Origin: a virus
Direction: 5' to 3' (one strand)
Length of the DNA: 64,000 nucleotides
Virus record (IMG/VR): IMGVR_UViG_3300046171_000328
Location: 4,523 to 68,522 of that record
A program made the position numbers and the translations under genes. Shown here in pieces: positions 56,718-64,000 of this stretch. The notes under the pieces were generated by a model. The model was not told the origin of the DNA. It did not search any database and saw only the letters and a program-made list of their open reading frames with translations. Position 1 is the first letter of the stretch; every line of letters begins with the position of its first letter.

Positions 56718-57941
56718 ATGGCAACCACTGCCGAACTGAGGGCGTTTAAACGTCACGCCAAACAGATCGAAAGAGCGCAGAAGTCAGACCGCCTTGCAGC
56801 ATCACGCGACAGGCGGACTCTAGAACTGAGAGCGCTCCAGAGAGCCGTCAGATCTGGCAAGGGCCTGACTTTAAAAGAGTATGGGCAACCAGTCAGGTAT
56901 TCGATAACCGACCTCAAGAGGATGGCCAGCCGCGCCCGTGCGGTTGAAAGACAGTTTGAGTCCACAGGCCGTTCCATCAAAAGTATCCTCGCCAGAGTCA
57001 GACCAGCCCCCACCTTTAGCCGCACAAGTACCAAAGTCAGCGATGATGCGCTGAGAGCCAGAAACATTCCCAAGCCAGCTTTTGTCTCTCAACGTGGAAA
57101 CATCCTAAACTTCCGTGTTCGTGGCGAGAGCGGTAGGACTCACCACATGTGCCAAGTGCAGTTGGTGGGCATGGAAGCCTCACTACGGACACCGATTGAT
57201 AACAGGGGCAGTTACATGCCTGCTGTAGAAAAAGCCTTGGCTGGTGACGTTAAAATTGGCTGTACCTGCAAACGCAACATCTACTGGTTCCGCTACATCC
57301 AGACGGTGGCCGGAATAGCAATTGATAAAGAATCTGCGTTCCCAAAGATCCGCAACTTCAAGACCCACGGAATTTGCTGCAAACACTTGATCCGGACCCT
57401 TTCGCATTTGCAGTCCTCCAGAGTCCTCAGAAAGACACTGGCTGATCGCTTTGAGGCCTTGGCTGGTTCAGTATACCCAAGCAAAAAAGAGAAGTTTGCC
57501 ACCCAAGCAGAACAAGCTGCAGACCGTCGAGCCAGAGGGGATACAAACCTAAGAAGAGTTGAGAGAGCAAAAGACGAATTCAAGAAAGAACGGCGGACAC
57601 GCAAACGAGAAGAGGATCGACTCACCAAGATTGCCAAACGTGTTTCCCGCAAGGAAGAACGCCAAAAGCGGCGGGAGCGCCGACGAGGCGAGGAACATCA
57701 GCGGGAGCTTGAATTCCAAAAAATGCAGAAGGACAAGCAAGCCTTGAAAGATCAATTAGCTAAAGAGAAGAAGAAGGCCGCCGACGCCAAAGCAAAACTG
57801 AAGAAAGCCGAAGACGATCAGGGCAAGGAGATTGCCCGTCAGATCATCAAGGCCTTACGTCAAGCGGGGCTACCTGACTCGCAGATTAAGAACAACCCAG
57901 CAGTGAAAAAATCTGGAATTAAAGTAGAGGAGGTCAAGTGA
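56718..57941 (+). CDS. P1 gp25-like tail protein (SWIM-like Zn finger)
   Basis: CTCKRNIYWFRY...KESAFPKIRN...GICCKHL resembles recalled gp25 CDCGRHQYWYRY...KEYAFPKIRN...GVACKH. Confidence 0.85.
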   Translation: MATTAELRAFKRHAKQIERAQKSDRLAASRDRRTLELRALQRAVRSGKGLTLKEYGQPVRYSITDLKRMASRARAVERQFESTGRSIKSILARVRPAPTFSRTSTKVSDDALRARNIPKPAFVSQRGNILNFRVRGESGRTHHMCQVQLVGMEASLRTPIDNRGSYMPAVEKALAGDVKIGCTCKRNIYWFRYIQTVAGIAIDKESAFPKIRNFKTHGICCKHLIRTLSHLQSSRVLRKTLADRFEALAGSVYPSKKEKFATQAEQAADRRARGDTNLRRVERAKDEFKKERRTRKREEDRLTKIAKRVSRKEERQKRRERRRGEEHQRELEFQKMQKDKQALKDQLAKEKKKAADAKAKLKKAEDDQGKEIARQIIKALRQAGLPDSQIKNNPAVKKSGIKVEEVK

Positions 57942-58525
57942 GCAATTATTATTCGTATCCTCCTGAGAAGGCATCGCTCAACGATGGGCCGTCGCTCGGA
58001 GAGACAGTCCGAAGTGAAATGGCAAAACAGGTGGAAGTAGACCTTCCACAGTTAGTTGGATTTTTAGGAGAATTGGCGGAAATCAGGCTCCCAATATATC
58101 AGACTTCCAGCGCTGTTTTTGCCAATGAAGTACGGGAAGACTCCATTGAATATGGAGAACCGGCTCTGCAGCGCATTCTGCTGATGCCCTTGGCTGATCC
58201 AGCCTTGGTCACTTCTGACGGGTTGGCGCTACCACTGGACCCAATCAGGGCGATTATTATGGGTGAATCCCCGCCCGAAAGATCGATGGTAACCGTGAAA
58301 CGTGAGATTGACCGACACTTTTATGTTTTGAGGCGGGAAAGCCTCACCAAGACACCACCGATCACGCATCAGCTTTATCTTGTTCCAATTGATCTGGAAG
58401 AAGGACTGCTGGAAGGCGAAAACTTTGTTGAGCGTGATGTTGTTCAGAACGAGAGCGGCGATGATAGCCTTGCTTCCATATTGGCCAATGATAACGATGG
58501 TACGACAGGTAGTTCCAGCAGTTAG
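57938..58525 (+). CDS. P1 gp7-like neck/tail protein
   Basis: Position between the gp25 and gp24 homologs; YGEP...PERSM...RHFYV...LYLVP pattern. Confidence 0.55.
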   Translation: MSNYYSYPPEKASLNDGPSLGETVRSEMAKQVEVDLPQLVGFLGELAEIRLPIYQTSSAVFANEVREDSIEYGEPALQRILLMPLADPALVTSDGLALPLDPIRAIIMGESPPERSMVTVKREIDRHFYVLRRESLTKTPPITHQLYLVPIDLEEGLLEGENFVERDVVQNESGDDSLASILANDNDGTTGSSSS

Positions 58526-59000
58526 TGTACAACCAAGCAGGGCAGGGCAGCGCCCAATCTATGAAAATGCCTACACTAAAAAAGATGAAGTACGCTTTGC
58601 TAATTTCTTTCAACAGAAGTACCCTCGTTGGAAATTTCAAAAGGCCCCAATCAGTTATGCAGCGGATTGGGCGATGTTGGATTCTCAAACAGAGCAGGTT
58701 AAGGCCTTTGGCGAATTCAAGCATCGAAACTACAGTTGGTTGGAGCTAGAGCGTTGGGGTGGCTACAACATCAGCCTGCAGAAGTTTGAGCGTATGCGGC
58801 AATGGGTGAAGGGGTATTCATTGCCAGTATATCTTTTTTTAGAGTTGAAAAAGGAACAGGGGTTTTCGTACTACTGGCTGGACCTAGCCTGCGTCCAGTC
58901 ACCAAAAATCATTTGGTGGAAGGTCAATCGGAGGGGCGATTGGCAAGACTGCGAACCGGCTGTTCAAATTCCAATGAGCCTATTTCGGGAACTCAGATGA
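58488..59000 (+). CDS. PD-(D/E)XK nuclease-like protein
   Basis: E...ADW...FGEFKHR motif; start uncertain. Confidence 0.65.
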   Translation: MITMVRQVVPAVSVQPSRAGQRPIYENAYTKKDEVRFANFFQQKYPRWKFQKAPISYAADWAMLDSQTEQVKAFGEFKHRNYSWLELERWGGYNISLQKFERMRQWVKGYSLPVYLFLELKKEQGFSYYWLDLACVQSPKIIWWKVNRRGDWQDCEPAVQIPMSLFRELR

Positions 59001-59302
59001 AAATGAAACCAGAGCCGGAAGTGTTGAGTGACTTTCAATTGCGTAAACATCAAAACGAAACGATGGACGCTATCTTATTGGCCTTTCGGGATTTTATCAC
59101 AACTCAGCAGGAAGCCGTGATTGTCCAGCGCGATATGCTGGACTGTATGAAATCGATGCGGGACATGCTCAAGGACATGGGCGACAGTTTAACCGACATT
59201 GCCGACAGTGCCGGTGAAATGCTGACGGGTCTAGGTGAGGCCACAGCCAGTGATGATGAAGATTCGTTCGATATACCTGACGAGGAAATGAATGTCCGTT
59301 GA
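58997..59302 (+). CDS. Hypothetical coiled-coil protein
   Basis: ATGA overlap; 101 aa. Confidence 0.55.
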   Translation: MKMKPEPEVLSDFQLRKHQNETMDAILLAFRDFITTQQEAVIVQRDMLDCMKSMRDMLKDMGDSLTDIADSAGEMLTGLGEATASDDEDSFDIPDEEMNVR

Positions 59303-60791
59303 CCCACCTATTGAGATCGAAGATGATGATGGAAATGAGAAGAGTCTACCATCGGCTCAATCACCGCTACACAATCCTGAGACTGAAGACCTACCAAGGC
59401 CTCCGAAACCTACACCTGAAGTGGAGGATGTGGAGCCTCTACCGGAGCCGCCACCAGAGCCGGTAGAACCCCCTGCCATTGCCCCAGACACACCTGACAA
59501 TCTATTTGCCACTGTTGGTAAAGTTAGCGGTCAGGTGAGCTTGATTTGGGACTCCAGCGACGAAACAGAAACCTACACGGTCTTCTGGTCAGATGACCTG
59601 CTGACACCGATCAATCCAATCATACCAGCATCCTATCTTGGTTCCTTAACCGTCACCGGCAATGCGGCGGTAATTGGTGGTCTGACCGACGCCACCCCAT
59701 ATCACTTCGTGGTGCTATCAAAAAATGTGGCCGGTGCATCTGTTGTTTCAGCGTCTTTGACCTCGACTCCGGTGACACCACCACCACCGGATGTGGTGAC
59801 CAATCTAAAGACCACTGTCCGAATCGCCAGTGGTCAGGTCGATGTCCAGTTTGATGAAATGCCCAGAGCGACGAGCTACACATTGTTCTGGCAGGATTCC
59901 AGCCACTACCTGATGACGGTGGACCCACTAGACCCATTGACGTTTCTTGGCAGTGCTACCATCACAACCACAGAACATACACTCACAGGCTTAACAGATG
60001 GAGAGCGTTACTGGTTTTCAGTGATTGCCACCGGTCTACATGGAGACAGCGCCATTTCAGCCAGAGTGCAAGCCGTTCCTGCAGGAGGGCCGCCTGCACC
60101 GCCATCACCAGAAAACAGTGACTACTTTACTTGGGGAGCCGAAGCACCACCGGTTAGTTTTCTGCCGTTGCGTTTTGTTGATGAAGAAATCGGGCTGATG
60201 CTCCACACGCAGTTGAGTAAGATTTCTCCAGTCGAGGAACCAAAGTCTTTGGCTGGATTTCTGGCAAGAGAGCGAATGATTCATTGGGGGCAAGGTGATG
60301 ATCCGCAGATGACCATCCGCAATCTTTATCGCACCGCAGGCCGCACCAAGGTGCGGTTGCCATTGGTGGTTCTTTATCGCAGCACAGCGATGGAAAGCTG
60401 GGATGGAGAAACCTCAGTGAGGCCTTTCATGGAGCAAAACCCTGCGCTCTTGGGGTTCCATCCGATGCGTCTGAACTATCAGTTGATGGTGATTGCTTTT
60501 GAGCAAAGTGTGCTGGACACGCTGGTGATGAGCTTGTTTGTTGCGTTAAAGAGCCAGTACCGCTTTGAGTTTCCGCTTAAAGGGCCAAAGTTTGAGATGA
60601 CGGTCAGCGGACGCCTGCTGGACACCGAGAGCTTGACGTTCTCCAACGAGTTGGTCAGTAACGAAGAAACGCGACTCTATGCTGCCAGAGCAGATTTTTC
60701 ATTAGGGACATTTAGCTATCATTTGCCTGCAGGCGAACTGGACACATTGCCAGTGCGTTTTGTCTTTGATTCCCTCAGAGTGGCCGGCTAA
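59292..60791 (+). CDS. P1 gp24-like tail completion protein with two N-terminal FN3 domains
   Basis: GLTDATPYHFVV and GLTDGERYWFSV FN3 units; C-terminal LPLVVLYRS...LNYQL...RLYA resembles gp24. Confidence 0.75.
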   Translation: MSVDPPIEIEDDDGNEKSLPSAQSPLHNPETEDLPRPPKPTPEVEDVEPLPEPPPEPVEPPAIAPDTPDNLFATVGKVSGQVSLIWDSSDETETYTVFWSDDLLTPINPIIPASYLGSLTVTGNAAVIGGLTDATPYHFVVLSKNVAGASVVSASLTSTPVTPPPPDVVTNLKTTVRIASGQVDVQFDEMPRATSYTLFWQDSSHYLMTVDPLDPLTFLGSATITTTEHTLTGLTDGERYWFSVIATGLHGDSAISARVQAVPAGGPPAPPSPENSDYFTWGAEAPPVSFLPLRFVDEEIGLMLHTQLSKISPVEEPKSLAGFLARERMIHWGQGDDPQMTIRNLYRTAGRTKVRLPLVVLYRSTAMESWDGETSVRPFMEQNPALLGFHPMRLNYQLMVIAFEQSVLDTLVMSLFVALKSQYRFEFPLKGPKFEMTVSGRLLDTESLTFSNELVSNEETRLYAARADFSLGTFSYHLPAGELDTLPVRFVFDSLRVAG

Positions 60792-61735
60792 TGGAAGGCC
60801 TGCTGCTTCAGGAGATCAGCATTGAGGGCCAAGCGATCAGTCGAAGCATGGTTGTGCTGTTACGCTACTGGGAAACGCTGGAAGCGACTTCACCATCGGT
60901 GGAATTACATGTGGATGATCCGGCCAGAGATCTAGATTCAATTCCAACACAGGCCACGCTTTCGCTGACACTCGCTTTGGATGCTGACCGAGAAAAGGCT
61001 CAAAAGGAAAGTGAAGTGATTCGGCAGGACTTTACGATTCTCAGAAAGCGTTCTGCTCCAGAGTATTTGAATCGCCATGTCTTCATCGCCATTCGGGAAG
61101 ATGCAATGGAGCTACTGCTCAAAACTCAGATTCTTTTGCCGGCTGCAACACCCAAGGAGATTTTCTCAAAGGCAATGCCAGCAGCTAGAGTTAGCGTTAA
61201 ACCAGCACTTCCGGCTGTACCGTTTCATTGCCTGCATGAACGACCAGTGGTGGCCTTGCAGCGCTACCTGAGTGAAATGGGGTGTGCGATTTATTCTGAT
61301 CGCAGGGGGCTGGTGGTTGAAGAGTTGACAAAGCTAATGAAGCAAAGACCAGACTGTGAATTCTTTGATGAAGAAACAACCGCCACACATGTTCTGATGA
61401 AACTGACTCGGCTGAGTGAGGACTTTTTATCGAAGGAGCTGCACCGCCGCCAACCGTTTGGTTTTGATGTAGCCGAAGGAGCAAATGAAATTGAGACTCC
61501 ACCAGATCACCGACAGCTACCCAATGAGTTAGTTCGACGCAAAGCGACAGTGGCCGTTGTGCCATCATTGGATTTTCAGAGTCCGTTGACACTCAAGTTC
61601 AAAGCCGGCTCAGTAATCCATGTAAATGATGATCCTTATCTGGTTTCCAGAGCCTGCTGGCAGGTTCATCAGGAGCAAGGGATTGTCAGAGTTCTGGCAG
61701 CAAAACTTTATGATCACAAGGGGGAACTGGGTTAG
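60791..61735 (+). CDS. P1 gp6-like baseplate hub protein
   Basis: LQEISIEG...YWETL...P.VELHVDDP; between the gp24 and gp5 homologs. Confidence 0.65.
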   Translation: MEGLLLQEISIEGQAISRSMVVLLRYWETLEATSPSVELHVDDPARDLDSIPTQATLSLTLALDADREKAQKESEVIRQDFTILRKRSAPEYLNRHVFIAIREDAMELLLKTQILLPAATPKEIFSKAMPAARVSVKPALPAVPFHCLHERPVVALQRYLSEMGCAIYSDRRGLVVEELTKLMKQRPDCEFFDEETTATHVLMKLTRLSEDFLSKELHRRQPFGFDVAEGANEIETPPDHRQLPNELVRRKATVAVVPSLDFQSPLTLKFKAGSVIHVNDDPYLVSRACWQVHQEQGIVRVLAAKLYDHKGELG

Positions 61736-61900
61736 GGAACTTATTTAATGAATCATTTCATATGGTTGAAATGTATTCCCAAGATATTCCCGTCTTTTCC
61801 CAAATATTCCCCGTCAGCAGTTTGCCAAGTTAGGCTCTAGACCAGTATTCATGCGGGAGAACAGGGGAGAATCAGAAAATTCCCTTTCCCGCTTATTCCC
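61722..61900. repeat. Helically phased TTCCC/GGGAA cluster
   Basis: TTCCC at 61776, 61787, 61797, 61807, 61880, 61886, 61896; GGGAA at 61722, 61735. Confidence 0.6.
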
Positions 61901-61941
61901 CAAATTTAGGCAGCAAGTACCAAAACGAGCGGAATTTAGCA

Positions 61942-63234
61942 ATGTATCCAAATTCCCCATCCAAAGCGACTTACTCAGACTGCTACTATGGGATCGTGTC
62001 CAATCTGATGGACCCGAAGCGTTTGGGAAGAGTTCAGATCAACATCTTGGGCTTTACCGACGAGGTCCCTGTCGAAGAGTTACCGTGGGCCACTTTGCAG
62101 CTTGGACTCGGTTCTGGAGTGGATCGTGGCCATTCGCCGGCAATGCAGGAGGGCGATAAAGTGATGGTCCGCTTTCAAAATGCCGATACTCGCTTTCCAG
62201 TGATTATTTCTGGAGCCTTGGCTGCCGATGCAGGAGAAGTAGAGCTACCTGCGATTGCCGTCAACGGACCTCGTTCAACATCTGGAGTCCGCACCACACC
62301 GGCTGAGTTGCCAACGAGTGCGGCAGCAACACCCACCTACATGGTTGATGAAACCAGTAAGTTTCACTCTATCTTGATCCAACGACGGGCCAATCAGAGC
62401 TATCGGGTAGCACACCTTGCACAGGGTTCTCAGTTTGAGATGACAGCAGGCGGAGACATTGTTACGTTCTCACCAACAGCGGTTTGGGTAGCCTCAAGCG
62501 CTGAATATCATGAGCGCTACCAGACCCACAGTGGCAAAGGCACAACCAGCACAACAGAGTTGAGTGGACCTTGGACGTTGGATGCTTCGAAGATCGATTT
62601 GAATTCGGTGGCAGGCACAACGCTTGACGCCGGTGGCAAACTAGGCTTGAATGGCCTCAGTGTGGCGCTGGTAGCCATGGATCAGGTCAGCTTGCTTTCT
62701 GGGGGCGCAACCTCAATCATGGCCGGATCAACGCTGGATGTGGCGACAACCGCCTCCATTTCGATGACCAGTGCTACTGGTGGAATTTCCGGTAAGGCGC
62801 TGTTGGGGGAGATTGTCTTTTCCAGCGCTGAAATACTGGAGTTCAAACTCTCCCCGCTGGAGGGCTTTTCGCTCTCCACTGCAGTCAGTAATTTGAGTGG
62901 GGATCTGTTGGGGGGCCTGAAGTACGAAGGGCCGGTGGCATCAATGGAGATGAGCGCTCAAGGGACCATCAGCCTCAAGAATGCGATGGGGGAGCTAGGC
63001 ATAGCTACCGCTGGAGGAATTGAACTCAAGAACCAGATGGCGGCACTGGAGTTATCAACGGCTGGTCAGGTGACACTCAAGAATCAGACAGGGACTCTTG
63101 GGGAGATTCTGAAAGATTTATTGACTCTGTTGCAGCGGGTGACGGTGCAGACAGGAACCGGTCAAAGCTCTCCATTCAATCAACAATCTGAACTGCAGAT
63201 GATCTCAAGGCGTCTGCAACAATTATTGGACTGA
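61942..63234 (+). CDS. Baseplate spike, gp5/gpV OB-fold protein
   Basis: GIVSNLMDPKRLGRVQI...LPWA...GDKVMVRFQNADTRFPVI followed by beta-helix-like repeats. Confidence 0.88.
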   Translation: MYPNSPSKATYSDCYYGIVSNLMDPKRLGRVQINILGFTDEVPVEELPWATLQLGLGSGVDRGHSPAMQEGDKVMVRFQNADTRFPVIISGALAADAGEVELPAIAVNGPRSTSGVRTTPAELPTSAAATPTYMVDETSKFHSILIQRRANQSYRVAHLAQGSQFEMTAGGDIVTFSPTAVWVASSAEYHERYQTHSGKGTTSTTELSGPWTLDASKIDLNSVAGTTLDAGGKLGLNGLSVALVAMDQVSLLSGGATSIMAGSTLDVATTASISMTSATGGISGKALLGEIVFSSAEILEFKLSPLEGFSLSTAVSNLSGDLLGGLKYEGPVASMEMSAQGTISLKNAMGELGIATAGGIELKNQMAALELSTAGQVTLKNQTGTLGEILKDLLTLLQRVTVQTGTGQSSPFNQQSELQMISRRLQQLLD

Positions 63235-63236
63235 CT

Positions 63237-64000
63237 ATGAAAATCTTGTTCACCTCCGTTTGCCTGTTCTTCCTTGGATTCTCTCTAGCAGAGGCGACTC
63301 CCAAGAAGCTCACACTCCATCATTTCTTTGTCAAAAACGATGTGCCTCAAAAGCAAATGTTGGAGCCTTGGGCAAGAGAAGTGGAGCGCTTGGCAAACGG
63401 TAAAGTGGAGATCACGATTATTCCAAGAATGGGGTTAGGAGGAAAACCAAAAGACTTAGTGAAGCAGGCCAGTGTGGGCAAGGTGGCGGACATCATCTGG
63501 ACGGTGAACACATACTCCGGAGGGTTTGAAAGAAGTGAAGTGTTTGAGTTGCCGTTTGTTCATCGAAACGATCCTGCGGCCACGAATCTGGCAATGCGTG
63601 AAATGTTTGAGAGTGACCTAAAAGTCGAATATGACGCCAAAGGATTGGAGGTGATGTTTTTACATGTGCATCAGGGGCACGCGATTCTTTCAAAAAGAGC
63701 CGAGATCCGCACGCCTGCAGACATGCGCGGCAAACGGGTGAGGATCGCAGGCCGAGTGACCGGTTGGGTTGCTGAAGAACTCGGAGCCATGCCCTTGGTA
63801 ACGACGGTACGCCAGATTCCTCAAGTGCTGCAGCGCAATTCAGCCAACACAATTTTAATCACTTCCAACATCATCAAACCGCTGCGACTGGAGCAGCACA
63901 TCAACAGCATGACGGAAGGGCATGAATCGACACGCTTTGCCAATGCGGTGCTGCAAGTGTCGATGAACCGAGACACTTGGCTTTTTTTGTCTCCAGAAAT
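63237..64000 (+). CDS. dctP: TRAP transporter solute-binding protein (3' truncated; not in the ORF track)
   Basis: Signal peptide, LTLHHF...LEPWAREVE...GKV, EVFELPF, TPADMRGKRVR, LGAMP, MNRDTW; frame open to the window end. Confidence 0.88.
   Translation, partial: MKILFTSVCLFFLGFSLAEATPKKLTLHHFFVKNDVPQKQMLEPWAREVERLANGKVEITIIPRMGLGGKPKDLVKQASVGKVADIIWTVNTYSGGFERSEVFELPFVHRNDPAATNLAMREMFESDLKVEYDAKGLEVMFLHVHQGHAILSKRAEIRTPADMRGKRVRIAGRVTGWVAEELGAMPLVTTVRQIPQVLQRNSANTILITSNIIKPLRLEQHINSMTEGHESTRFANAVLQVSMNRDTWLFLSPE

Larger units (their letters stand above)
1..64000. mobile_element. P1-like phage-plasmid (myovirus) segment; neither end in the window
   Basis: Portal, prohead protease, terminase, baseplate/tail genes in P1 order, Dar cluster, ParA partition module; no host housekeeping genes or integrase seen. 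Confidence 0.9.

Overview
The whole window reads as one segment of a large, distant relative of the P1 (Punavirus)-type myovirus phage-plasmids. No host chromosome boundary, integrase, tRNA, rRNA or CRISPR array is visible. Left to right it holds: (i) baseplate and tail-fibre genes (1-6.4 kb); (ii) one ~24-kb co-oriented head operon that joins the P1 antirestriction (Dar) cargo system (hdf, darA, darB, ulx, ddrA?, ddrB) to portal and prohead protease and adds cargo P1 lacks (a Strawberry-notch helicase, a DUF3560-type protein, a modular acidic polyprotein), with DarB and two of the additions sharing a 14-aa putative capsid-targeting motif; (iii) a plasmid maintenance module (HTH Rep, repeats, ParA plus an atypical partner, a palindrome); (iv) accessory genes (HNH, UV-dimer glycosylase, thyX, stand-alone PAS proteins) with two hairpin-rich intergenic tracts; (v) a YqaJ/AAA_24/SSB/Prim-Pol/RusA replication block; (vi) terminase and the P1-syntenic tail block 26-25-7-24-6-5, ending in a divergent TRAP solute-binding (DctP) gene 2 bp after the spike gene. 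A GGGTTGTT-type promoter motif recurs seven times. Several genes carry single-base frameshifts in short homopolymers, most likely long-read errors. All P1 and Pfam assignments come from recalled motifs and synteny, not from database searches.
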